A stretch of 64,000 nt of DNA from Eledone cirrhosa (Eukaryota). The stretch covers positions 1,922,001 through 1,986,000 of the forward strand of contig OZ024744.1 in assembly GCA_964016885.1 (NCBI GenBank), given 5' to 3'. Shown piece after piece: positions 26,400-39,269 of this stretch. The position numbers and the translations under genes are program-made. Below the pieces are notes generated by a model that saw only the letters and a list, made by a program, of their open reading frames with translations, ran no database searches and was not told the origin of the DNA. Within the stretch, counting starts at the first letter, position 1, and every line of letters starts with the position of its first letter.

Positions 26400-29300
26400 A
26401 CCAAGCTATCTTTCTCTACATTGTCTTCCCCAAAACTTCGTTCTTCACCAAGCTATCTTTCTCTACCTTGTCTTCCCACAAAACTTCGTTCTTCACCAAG
26501 CTATCTTTCTCTACCTTGTCTTCCCACAAAACGTCGTTCTTCACCAAGCTATCTTTCTCTACCTTGTCTTCCCTCAAAACTTCGTTCTTCACCAAGCTAT
26601 CTTTCTCTACCTTGTCTTCCCCCAAAACTTCGTTCTTCACCAAGCTATCTTTCTCTACCTTGTCTTCCCTCAAAACTTCGTTCTTCACCAAGCTATCTTT
26701 CTCGACCTTGTCTTCTCCCAAAACTTCGTTATTCACCAAGCTATCTTTCTCTACCTTGTCTTCCCTCAAAACTTCGTTCTTCACCAAGCTATCTTTCTCT
26801 ACCTTGTCTTCCCACAAAACGTCATTCTTCACCAAGCTATCTTTCTCTACCTTGTCTTCCGTCAAACCTTCGTTCTTCACCAAGCTATCTTTCTCTACCT
26901 TGTCTTCCCTCAAAACGTCGTTCTTCACCAAGCTATCTTTCTCTACCTTGTCCTCCCACAAAACTCCGTTCTTCACCAAGCTATCTTTCTCTACCTTGTC
27001 TTCCCCCAAAACTTCGTTCTTCGCAAGCTATCTTTCTCTACCTTGTCTTCCGTCAAAACTTCGTTCTTCACCAAGATATCTTTCTCTACCTTGTCTTCCC
27101 ACAAAACGTCGTTCTTCACCAAGCTATCTTTCTCTACCTTGTCTTCCCCCAAAACTTCGTTCTTCACCAAGTCATCTTTCTCTACCTTGTCATCCCACAA
27201 AACGTCGTTCTTCACCAAGCTATCTTTCTCTATTTTGTCTTCCCTCAACACGTCGTTCTTCACCAAGCTATCTTTCTCTACCTTGTCTTCCCTCAAAATT
27301 TCGTTCTTCACCAAGCTATCTTTCTCGACCTTGTCTTCTCCCAAAACGTCGTTATTCACTAAGCTATCTTTCTCTACCTTGTCTTCCCTCAAAACTTCGT
27401 TCTTCACCAAGCTATCTTTCTCTACCTTGTCTTCCCCCAAAACTTCGTTCTTCACCAAGCTATCTTTCTCTACCTTGTCTTCTCCCAAAACTTCGTTATT
27501 CACCAAGCTATCTTTCTCTACCTTGTCTTCCCTCAAAACTTCGTTCTTCACCAAGCTATCTTTCTCTACCTTGTCTTCCCCCAAAACTTCGTTCTTCACC
27601 AAGCTATCTTTCTCTACCTTGTCTTCCCCCAAAACTTCGTTCTTCACCAAGCTATCTTTCTCTACCTTGTCTTCCCCCAAAACTTCGTTCTTCACCAAGT
27701 CATTTTTCTCTACCTTGTCATCCCTCAAAACTTCGTTCTTCACCAATCTATCTTTCTCTACCTTGTCTTCCCCCAAAACTTCGTTCTTCACCAAGCTATC
27801 TTTCTCTAGCTTGGCTTCACACAAAACTTCGTTCTTCACCAAGCTATCTTTCTCTACCTTGTCTTCCCACAAAACGTCATTCTTCACCAAGCTATCTTTC
27901 TCTACCTTGTCTTCCCTCAAAACTTCGTTCTTCACCAAGCTATCTTTCTCTACCTTGTCTTCCCCCAAAACTTCGTTCTTCACCAAGCTATCTTTCTCTA
28001 CCTTGTCTTCTCCCAAAACTTCGTTATTCACCAAGCTATCTTTCTCTACCTTTTCTTCCCTCAAAACTCCGTTCTTCACCAAGCTATCTTTCTCTACCTT
28101 GTCTTCCCCCAAAACTTCGTTCTTCACCAAGCTATCTTTCTCTACCTTGTCTTCCCCCAAAACTTCGTTCTTCACCAAGCTATCTTTCTCTACCTTGTCT
28201 TCTCCCAAAACTTCGTTATTCACCAAGCTATCTTTCTCTACCTTGTCTTCCCTCAAAACTTCGTTCTTCACCAAGCTATCTTTCTCTACCTCGTCTTCCC
28301 TCAAAACTTCGTTCTTCACCAAGCTATCTTACTCTACCTTGTCTTCCCCCAAAACTTCGTTCTTCACCAAGCTATCTTTCTCTACCTTGTCTCCTCCCAA
28401 AACTTCGTTCTTCACCAAGCTATATTTCTCTACCTTATCTTCCCTCAGAACTTCGTTCTTCACCAAGCTATCTCTCTCTACCTTGTCTTCCCCCAAAACT
28501 TCGTTCTTTACCAAGCTATCTTTCTCTACATTGTCTTCCCCAAAACTTCGTTCTTCACCAAGCTATCTTTCTCTACCTTGTCTTCCCACAAAACTTCGTT
28601 CTTCACCAAGCTATCTTTCTCTACCTTGTCTTCCCACAAAACGTCGTTCTTCACCAAGCTATCTTTCTCTACCTTGTCTTCCCTCAAAACTTCGTTCTTC
28701 ACCAAGCTATCTTTCTCTACCTTGTCTTCCCCCAAAACTTCGTTCTTCACCAAGCTATCTTTCTCTACCTTGTCTTCCCTCAAAACTTCGTTCTTCACCA
28801 AGCTATCTTTCTCGACCTTGTCTTCTCCCAAAACTTCGTTATTCACCAAGCTATCTTTCTCTACCTTGTCTTCCCTCAAAACTTCGTTCTTCACTAAGCT
28901 ATCTTTCTCTACCTTGTCTTCCCACAAAACGTCATTCTTCACCAAGCTATCTTTCTCTACCTTGTCTTCCGTCAAACCTTCGTTCTTCACCAAGCTATCT
29001 TTCTCTACCTTGTCTTCCCTCAAAACGTCGTTCTTCACCAAGCTATCTTTCTCTACCTTGTCCTCCCACAAAACTTCGTTCTTCACCAAGCTATCTTTCT
29101 CTACCTTGTCTTCCCCCAAAACTTCGTTCTTCGCAAGCTATCTTTCTCTACCTTGTCTTCCGTCAAAACTTCGTTCTTCACCAAGATATCTTTCTCTACC
29201 TTGTCTTCCCACAAAACGTCGTTCTTCGCTAAGCTATCTTTCTCTACCTTGTCTTCCCCCAAAACTTCGTTCTTCACCAAGTCATCTTTCTCTACCTTGT

Positions 29301-32300
29301 CATCCCACAAAACGTCGTTCTTCACCAAGCTATCTTTCTCTATTTTGTCTTCCCTCAAAACGTCGTTCTTCACCAAGCTATCTTTCTCTACCTTGTCTTC
29401 CCTCAAAATTTCGTTCTTCACCAAGCTATCTTTCTCGACCTTGTCTTCTCCCAAAACGTCGTTATTCACCAAGCTATCTTTCTCTACCTTGTCTTCCCTC
29501 AAAACTTCGTTCTTCACCAAGCTATCTTTCTCTACCTTGTCTTCCCCCAAAACTTCGTTCTTCACCAAGCTATCTTTCTCTACCTTGTCTTCCCACAAAA
29601 CTTCGTTCTTCACCAAGCTATCTTTCTCTACCTTGTCTTCCCCCAAAACTTCGTTCTTCACCAAGTCATCTTTCTCTACCTTGTCATCCCTCAAAACTTC
29701 GTTCTTCACCAATCTATCTTTCTCTACCTTGTCTTCCCCCAAAACTTCGTTCTTCACCAAGCTATCTTTCTCTAGCTTGGCTTCACACAAAACTTCGTTC
29801 TTCACCAAGCTATCTTTCTCTACCTTGTCTTCCCACAAAACGTCATTCTTCACCAAGCTATCTTTCTCTACCTTGTCTTCCCTCAAAACTTCGTTCTTCA
29901 CCAAGCTATCTTTCTCTACCTTGTCTTCCCCCAAAACTTCGTTCTTCACCAAGCTATCTTTCTCTACCTTGTCTTCTCCCAAAACTTCGTTATTCACCAA
30001 GCTATCTTTCTCTACCTTGTCTTCCCTCAAAACTCCGTTCTTCACCAAGCTATCTTTCTCTACCTTGTCTTCCCCCAAAACTTCGTTCTTCACCAAGCTA
30101 TCTTTCTCTACCTTGTCTTCCCCCAAAACTTCGTTCTTCACCAAGCTATCTTTCTCTACCTTGTCTTCCCCCAAAACTTCGTTCTTCACCAAGTCATCTT
30201 TCTCTACCTTGTCATCCCTCAAAACTTCGTTCTTCACCAATCTATCTTTCTCTACCTTGTCTTCCCCCAAAACTTCGTTCTTCACCAAGCTATCTTTCTC
30301 TAGCTTGGCTTCACACAAAACTTCGTTCTTCACCAAGCTATCTTTCTCTACCTTGTCTTCCCACAAAACGTCATTCTTCACCAAGCTATCTTTCTCTACC
30401 TTGTCTTCCCTCAAAACTTCGTTCTTCACCAAGCTATCTTTCTCTACCTTGTCTTCCCCCAAAACTTCGTTCTTCACCAAGCTATCTTTCTCTACCTTGT
30501 CTTCTCCCAAAACTTCGTTATTCACCAAGCTATCTTTCTCTACCTTTTCTTCCCTCAAAACTCCGTTCTTCACCAAGCTATCTTTCTCTACCTTGTCTTC
30601 CCCCAAAACTTCGTTCTTCACCAAGCTATCTTTCTCTACCTTGTCTTCCCCCAAAACTTCGTTCTTCACCAAGCTATCTTTCTCTACCTTGTCTTCTCCC
30701 AAAACTTCGTTATTCACCAAGCTATCTTTCTCTACCTTGTCTTCCCTCAAAACTTCGTTCTTCACCAAGCTATCTTTCTCTACCTCGTCTTCCCTCAAAA
30801 CTTCGTTCTTCACCATGCTATCTTACTCTACCTTGTCTTCCCCCAAAACTTCGTTCTTCACCAAGCTATCTTTCTCTACCTTGTCTCCTCCCAAAACTTC
30901 GTTCTTCACCAAGCTATCTTTCTCTACCTTATCTTCCCTCAGAACTTCGTTCTTCACCAAGCTATCTCTCTCTACCTTGTCTTCCCCCAAAACTTCGTTC
31001 TTTACCAAGCTATCTTTCTCTACATTGTCTTCCCCAAAACTTCGTTCTTCACCAAGCTATCTTTCTCTACCTTGTCTTCCCACAAAACTTCGTTCTTCAC
31101 CAAGCTATCTTTCTCTACCTTGTCTTCCCTCAAAACTTCGTTCTTCACCAAGCTATCTTTCTCGACCTTGTCTTCTCCCAAAACTTCGTTATTCACCAAG
31201 CTATCTTTCTCTACCTTGTCTTCCCTCAAAACTTCGTTCTTCACTAAGCTATCTTTCTCTACCTTGTCTTCCCACAAAACGTCATTCTTCACCAAGCTAT
31301 CTTTCTCTACCTTGTCTTCCGTCAAACCTTCGTTCTTCACCAAGCTATCTTTCTCTACCTTGTCTTCCCTCAAAACGTCGTTCTTCACCAAGCTATCTTT
31401 CTCTACCTTGTCCTCCCACAAAACTTCGTTCTTCACCAAGCTATCTTTCTCTACCTTGTCTTCCCCCAAAACTTCGTTCTTCGCAAGCTATCTTTCTCTA
31501 CCTTGTCTTCCGTCAAAACTTCGTTCTTCACCAAGATATCTTTCTCTACCTTGTCTTCCCACAAAACGTCGTTCTTCGCTAAGCTATCTTTCTCTACCTT
31601 GTCTTCCCCCAAAACTTCGTTCTTCACCAAGTCATCTTTCTCTACCTTGTCATCCCACAAAACGTCGTTCTTCACCAAGCTATCTTTCTCTATTTTGTCT
31701 TCCCTCAAAACGTCGTTCTTCACCAAGCTATCTTTCTCTACCTTGTCTTCCCTCAAAATTTCGTTCTTCACCAAGCTATCTTTCTCGACCTTGTCTTCTC
31801 CCAAAACGTCGTTATTCACCAAGCTATCTTTCTCTACCTTGTCTTCCCTCAAAACTTCGTTCTTCACCAAGCTATCTTTCTCTACCTTGTCTTCCCCCAA
31901 AACTTCGTTCTTCACCAAGCTATCTTTCTCTACCTTGTCTTCTCCCAAAACTTCGTTATTCACCAAGCTATCTTTCTCTACCTTGTCTTCCCTCAAAACT
32001 TCGTTCTTCACCAAGCTATCTTTCTCTACCTTGTCTTCCCCCAAAACTTCGTTCTTCACCAAGCTATCTTTCTCTACCTTGTCTTCCCACAAAACTTCGT
32101 TCTTCACCAAGCTATCTTTCTCTACCTTGTCTTCCCCCAAAACTTCGTTCTTCACCAAGTCATCTTTCTCTACCTTGTCATCCCTCAAAACTTCGTTCTT
32201 CACCAATCTATCTTTCTCTACCTTGTCTTCCCCCAAAACTTCGTTCTTCACCAAGCTATCTTTCTCTAGCTTGGCTTCACACAAAACTTCGTTCTTCACC

Positions 32301-33350
32301 AAGCTATCTTTCTCTACCTTGTCTTCCCACAAAACGTCATTCTTCACCAAGCTATCTTTCTCTACCTTGTCTTCCCTCAAAACTTCGTTCTTCACCAAGC
32401 TATCTTTCTCTACCTTGTCTTCCCCCAAAACTTCGTTCTTCACCAAGCTATCTTTCTCTACCTTGTCTTCTCCCAAAACTTCGTTATTCACCAAGCTATC
32501 TTTCTCTACCTTGTCTTCCCTCAAAACTCCGTTCTTCACCAAGCTATCTTTCTCTACCTTGTCTTCCCCCAAAACTTCGTTCTTCACCAAGCTATCTTTC
32601 TCTACCTTGTCTTCCCCCAAAACTTCGTTCTTCACCAAGCTATCTTTTTTTCCCTTGTCTTCCCCCAAAACTTCGTTCTTCACCAAGTCATCTTTCTCTA
32701 CCTTGTCATCCCTCAAAACTTCGTTCTTCACCAATCTATCTTTCTCTACCTTGTCTTCCCCCAAAACTTCGTTCTTCACCAAGCTATCTTTCTCTAGCTT
32801 GGCTTCACACAAAACTTCGTTCTTCACCAAGCTATCTTTCTCTACCTTGTCTTCCCACAAAACGTCATTCTTCACCAAGCTATCTTTCTCTACCTTGTCT
32901 TCCCTCAAAACTTCGTTCTTCACCAAGCTATCTTTCTCTACCTTGTCTTCCCCCAAAACTTCGTTCTTCACCAAGCTATCTTTCTCTACCTTGTCTTCTC
33001 CCAAAACTTCGTTATTCACCAAGCTATCTTTCTCTACCTTTTCTTCCCTCAAAACTCCGTTCTTCACCAAGCTATCTTTCTCTACCTTGTCTTCCCCCAA
33101 AACTTCGTTCTTCACCAAGCTATCTTTCTCTACCTTGTCTTCCCCCAAAACTTCGTTCTTCACCAAGCTATCTTTCTCTACCTTGTCTTCTCCCAAAACT
33201 TCGTTATTCACCAAGCTATCTTTCTCTACCTTGTCTTCCCTCAAAACTTCGTTCTTCACCAAGCTATCTTTCTCTACCTCGTCTTCCCTCAAAACTTCGT
33301 TCTTCACCATGCTATCTTACTCTACCTTGTCTTCCCCCAAAACTTCGTTC
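26400..33350. repeat. About three copies of a 2.1-2.5-kb higher-order unit (offsets 2110, 2350, 2494 bp)
   Basis: CCTTTTCTTCC occurs at 28053/30547/33041 (2494 apart). TTCGCAAG occurs at 27023/29133/31483. TTCGCTAAG is at ~29228/~31578 and CCATGCTATCTTACTC at ~30815/~33309. Confidence 0.88.
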
Positions 33351-33399
33351 TTCACCAAGCTATCTTTCTCTACCTTGTCTTCCCTCAAAACTTCGTTCT

Positions 33400-33600
33400 T
33401 CACCAAGTCATCTTTCTCTACCTTGTCATCCCTCAAAACTTCGTTCTTCACCTATCTATCTTTCTCTCCCTTGTCTTCCCCCAAAACTTCGTTCTTCACC
33501 AAGTCATCTTTCTCTACCTTGTCATCCCTCAAAACTTCGTTCTTCACCTATCTATCTTTCTCTCCCTTGTCTTCCCCCAAAACTTCGTTCTTCACCAAGC
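33400..33600. repeat. Local 96-bp (2-monomer) tandem duplication
   Basis: The private variant pair CACCTATCTATC...TCTCTCCCTTG occurs only at 33451 and 33547. Confidence 0.9.
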
Positions 33601-36600
33601 TATCTTTCTCTAGCTTGGCTTCACACAAAACTTCGTTCTTCACCAAGCTATCTTTCTCTACCTTGTCTTCCCACAAAACGTCATTCTTCACCAAGCTATC
33701 TTTCTCTACCTTGTCTTCCCTCAAAACTTCGTTCTTCACCAAGCTATCTTTCTCTACCTTGTCTTCCCCCAAAACTTCGTTCTTCACCAAGTCATCTTTC
33801 TCTACCTTGTCATCCCTCAAAACTTCGTTCTTCACCAATCTATCTTTCTCTACCTTGTCTTCCCCCAAAACTTCGTTCTTCACCAAGCTATCTTTCTCTA
33901 GCTTGGCTTCACACAAAACTTCGTTCTTCACCAAGCTATCTTTCTCTACCTTGTCTTCCCACAAAACGTCATTCTTCACCAAGCTATCTTTCTCTACCTT
34001 GTCTTCCGTCAAAACTTCGTTCTTCACCAAGATATCTTTCTCTACCTTGTCTCCTCCCAAAACTTCGTTCTTCACCAAGCTATCTTTCTCTACCTTATCT
34101 TCCCTCAGAACTTCGTTCTTCACCAAGCTATCTCTCTCTACCTTGTCTTCCCCCAAAACTTCGTTCTTTACCAAGCTATCTTTCTCTACATTGTCTTCCC
34201 CAAAACTTCGTTCTTCACCAAGCTATCTTTCTCTACCTTGTCTTCCCCCAAAACTTCGTTCTTCACCAAGCTATCTTTCTCTACCTCGTCTTCCCTCAAA
34301 ACTTCGTTCTTCACCAAGCTATCTTTCTCTACCTTGTCTTCGCCCAAAACTTCGTTCTTCACCAAGCTATCTTTCTCTACCTTGTCTTCCCACAAAACGT
34401 CGTTCTTCACCAAGCTATCTTTCTCTACCTTGTCTTCCCTCAAAACTTCGTTCTTCACCAAGCTATCTTTCTCTACCTTGTCTTCCCCCAAAACTTCGTT
34501 CTTCACCAAGCTATCTTTCTCTACCTTGTCTTCCCTCAAAACTTCGTTCTTCACCAAGCTATCTTTCTCCACCTTGTCTTCTCCCAAAACTTCGTTATTC
34601 ACCAAGCTATCTTTCTCTACCTTGTCCTCCCTCAAAACTTCGTTCTTCACCAAGCTATCTTTCTCTACCTTGTCTTCCCACAAAACGTCATTCTTCACCA
34701 AGCTATCTTTCTCTACCTTGTCTTCCGTCAAACCTTCGTTCTTCACCAAGCTATCTTTCTCTACCTTGTCTTCCCCCAAAACTTCGTTCTTCACCAAGCT
34801 ATCTTTCTCTACCTCGTCTTCCCTCAAAACTTCGTTCTTCACCAAGCTATCTTTCTCTACCTTGTCTTCCCCCAAAACTTCGTTCTTCACCAAGCTATCT
34901 TTCTCTACCTTGTCTCCTCCCAAAACTTCGTTCTTCACCAAGCTATCTTTCTCTACCTTGTCTCCCCTCAAAACTTCGTTCTTCACCAAGCTATCTTTCT
35001 CTACCTTGTCTTCCCACAAAACATCATTCTTCACCAAGCTATCTCTCTCTACCTTGTCTTCCCCCAAAACTTCGTTCTTTACCAAGCTATCTTTCTCTAC
35101 ATTGTCTTCCCCAAAACTTCGTTCTTCACCAAGCTATCTTTCTCTACCTTGTCTTCCCACAAAACTTCGTTCTTCACCAAGCTATCTTTCTCTACCTTGT
35201 CTTCCCACAAAACGTCGTTCTTCACCAAGCTATCTTTCTCTACCTTGTCTTCCCTCAAAACTTCGTTCTTCACCAAGCTATCTTTCTCTACCTTGTCTTC
35301 CCCCAAAACTTCGTTCTTCACCAAGCTATCTTTCTCTACCTTGTCTTCCCTCAAAACTTCGTTCTTCACCAACCTATCTTTCTCGACCTTGTCTTCTCCC
35401 AAAACTTCGTTATTCACCAAGCTATCTTTCTCTACCTTGTCTTCCCTCAAAACTTCGTTCTTCACCAAGCTATCTTTCTCTACCTTGTCTTCCCACAAAA
35501 CGTCATTCTTCACCAAGCTATCTTTCTCTACCTTGTCTTCCGTCAAACCTTCGTTCTTCACCAAGCTATCTTTCTCTACCTTGTCTTCCCTCAAAACGTC
35601 GTTCTTCACCAAGCTATCTTTCTCTACCTTGTCCTCCCACAAAACTTCGTTCTTCACCAAGCTATCTTTCTCTACCTTGTCTTCCCCCAAAACTTCGTTC
35701 TTCGCAAGCTATCTTTCTCTACCTTGTCTTCCGTCAAAACTTCGTTCTTCACCAAGATATCTTTCTCTACCTTGTCTTCCCACAAAACGTCGTTCTTCAC
35801 CAAGCTATCTTTCTCTACCTTGTCTTCCCTCAGAACTTCGTTCTTCACCAAGCTATCTTTCTCTACCTTGTCTTCCCCCAAAACTTCGTTCTTCACCAAG
35901 CTATCTTTCTCTACATTGTCTTCCCCAAAACTTCGTTCTTCACCAAGCTATCTTTCTCTACCTTGTCTTCCCTCAAAACGTCGTTCTTCACCAAGCTATC
36001 TTTCTCTACCTTGTCTTCCCCCAAAACTTCGTTCTTCACCAAGTCATCTTTCTCTACCTTGTCATCCCACAAAACGTCGTTCTTCACCAAGCTATCTTTC
36101 TCTATTTTGTCTTCCCTCAAAACGTCGTTCTTCACCAAGCTATCTTTCTCTACCTTGTCTTCCCTCAAAATTTCGTTCTACACCAAGCTATCTTTCTCGA
36201 CGTTGTCTTCTCCCAAAACGTCGTTATTCACCAAGCTATCTTTCTCTACCTTGTCTTCCCTCAAAACTTCGTTCTTCACCAAGCTATCTTTCTCTACCTT
36301 GTCTTCCCCCAAAACTTCGTTCTTCACCAAGCTATCTTTCTCTACCTTGTCTTCTCCCAAAACTTCGTTATTCACCAAGCTATCTTCCTCTACCTTGTCT
36401 TCCCTCAAAACTTCGTTCTTCACCAAGCTATCTTTCTCTACCTTGTCTACCCCCAGAACTTCGTTCTTCACCAAGCTATCTTTCTCTACCTTGTCTTCCC
36501 CCAAAACTTCGTTCTTCACCAAGCTATCTTTCTCTACCTTGTCTTCCCCCAAAACTTCGTTCTTCACCAAGTCATCTTTCTCTACCTTGTCATCCCTCAA

Positions 36601-39269
36601 AACTTCGTTCTTCACCAATCTATCTTTCTCTACCTTGTCTTCCCCCAAAACTTCGTTCTTCACCAAGCTATCTTTCTCTAGCTTGGCTTCACACAAAACT
36701 TCGTTCTTCACCAAGCTATCTTTCTCTACCTTGTCTTCCCACAAAACGTCATTCTTCACCAAGCTATCTTTCTCTACCTTGTCTTCCGTCAAAACTTCGT
36801 TCTTCACCAAGATATCTTTCTCTACCTTGTCTCCTCCCAAAACTTCGTTCTTCACCAAGCTATCTTTCTCTACCTTATCTTCCCTCAGAACTTCGTTCTT
36901 CACCAAGCTATCTCTCTCTACCTTGTCTTCCCCCAAAACTTCGTTCTTTACCAAGCTATCTTTCTCTACATTGTCTTCCCCAAAACTTCGTTCTTCACCA
37001 AGCTATCTTTCTCTACCTTGTCTTCCCTCAAAATGTCGTTCTTCACCAAGCTATCTTTCTCTACCTTGTCTTCCCCCAAAACTTCGTTCTTCACCAAGCT
37101 ATCTTTCTCTACCTTGTCTTCCCCCAAAACTTCGTTCTTCACCAAGCTATCTTTCTCTACCTCGTCTTCCCTCAAAACTTCGTTCTTCACCAAGCTATCT
37201 TTCTCTACCTTGTCTTCCCCCAAAACTTCGTTCTTCACCAAGCTATCTTTCTCTACCTTGTCTCCTCCCAAAACTTCGTTCTTCACCAAGCTATCTTTCT
37301 CTACCTTATCTTCCCTCAGAACTTCGTTCTTCACCAAGCTATCTCTCTCTACCTTGTCTTCCCCCAAAACTTCGTTCTTTACCAAGCTATCTTTCTCTAC
37401 ATTGTCTTCCCCAAAACTTCGTTCTTCACCAAGCTATCTTTCTCTACCTTGTCTTCCCTCAAAACGTCGTTCTTCACCAAGCTATCTTTATCTACCTTGT
37501 CTTCCCCCAAAACTTCGTTCTTCACCAAGCTATCTTTCTTTACCTTGTCTTCCCCCAAAACTTCGTTCTTCACCAAGCTATCTTTCTCTACATTGTCTTC
37601 CCCAAAACTTCGTTCTTCACCAAGCTATCTTTCTCTACCTTGTCTTCCCTCAAAACGTCGTTCTTCACCAAGCTATCTTTCTCTACCTTGTCTTCCCCCA
37701 AAACTTCGTTCTTCACCAAGCTATCTTTCTCTACCTTGTCTTCCCCCAAAACTTCGTTCTTCACCAAGTCATCTTTCTCTACCTTGTCATCCCACAAAAC
37801 GTCGTTCTTCACCAAGCTATCTTTCTCTATTTTGTCTTCCCTCAAAACGTCGTTCTTCAACAAGCTATCTTTCTCTACCTTGTCTTCCCTCAAAATTTCG
37901 TTCTTCACCAAGCTATCTTTCTCGACCTTGTCTTCTCCCAAAACGTCGTTATTCACCAAGCTATCTTTCTCTACCTTGTCTTCCCTCAAAACTTCGTTCT
38001 TCACCAAGCTATCTTTCTCTACCTTGTCTTCCCCCAAAACTTCGTTCTTCACCAAGCTATCTTTCTCTACCTTGTCTTCTCCCAAAACTTCGTTATTCAC
38101 CAAGCTATCTTTCTCTACCTTGTCTTCCCTCAAAACTTCGTTCTTCACCAAGCTATCTTTCTCTACCTTGTCTTCCCCCAAAACTTCGTTCTTCACCAAG
38201 CTATCTTTCTCTACCTTGTCTTCCCCCAAAACTTCATTCTTCACCAAGCTATCTTTCTCTACCTTGTCTTCCCCCAAAACTTCGTTCTTCACCAATCTAT
38301 CTTTCTCTACCTTGTCTTCCCTCAAAACTTCGTTCTTCACCAAGCTATCTTTCTCTAGCTTGGCTTCACACAAAACTTCGTTCTTCACCAAGCTATCTTT
38401 CTCTACCTTGTCTTCCCACAAAACGTCATTCTTCACCAAGCTATCTTTCTCTACCTTGTCTTCCGTCAAAACTTCGTTCTTCACCAAGATATCTTTCTCT
38501 ACCTTGTCTCCTCCCAAAACTTCGTTCTTCACCAAGCTATCTTTCTCTACCTTATCTTCCCTCAGAACTTCGTTCTTCACCAAGCTATCTCTCTCTACCT
38601 TGTCTTCCCCCAAAACTTGGTTCTTTACCAAGCTATCTTTCTCTACATTGTCTTCCCCAAAACTTCGTTCTTCACCAAGCTATCTTTCTCTACCTTGTCT
38701 TCCCTCAAAACGTCGTTCTTCACCAAGCTATCTTTCTCTACCTTGTCTTCCCCCAAAACTTCGTTCTTCACCAAGCTATCTTTCTCTACCTCGTCTTCCC
38801 TCAAAACTTCGTTCTTCACCAAGCTATCTTTCTCTACCTTGTCTTCCCCCAAAACTTCGTTCTTCACCAAGCTATCTTTCTCTAACTTGTCTTCCCCCAA
38901 AACTTCGTTCTTCACCAAGCTATCTTTCTCTACCTTGTCTTCCCCCAAAACTTCGTTCTTCACCAAGCTATCTTTCTCTACCTTGTCTTCCCCCAAAACT
39001 TCGTTCTTCACCAAGTCATCTTTCTCTACCTTGTCTTCCCCCAAAACTTCGTTCTTCACCAAGCTATCTTTCTCTACCTTGTCTTCCCCCAAAACTTCGT
39101 TCTTCACCAAGCTATCTTTCTCTACCTCGTCTTCCCTCAAAACTTCGTTTTTCACCAAGCTATCTTTCTCTACCTTGTCTTCCCCCAAAACTTCGTTCTT
39201 CACCAAGCTATCTTTCTCTACCTTGTCTTCCCCCAAAACTTCGTTCTTCACCAAGCTATTTTCTCTACC

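Larger units (their letters stand above)
1..39250. repeat. Satellite subdomain of variant subfamily L
   Basis: Diagnostic variants are CTAGCTTGGCTTCACAC, AAGTCATC...GTCATCCC, CCGTCAAACCTTCG, TTATCTTCCCTCAGAAC with TCTCTCTCTAC, CTATTTTG and GTCCTCCCAC. They recur throughout this interval and are essentially absent from 39.3-56.7 kb. The boundary is approximate. Confidence 0.85.
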
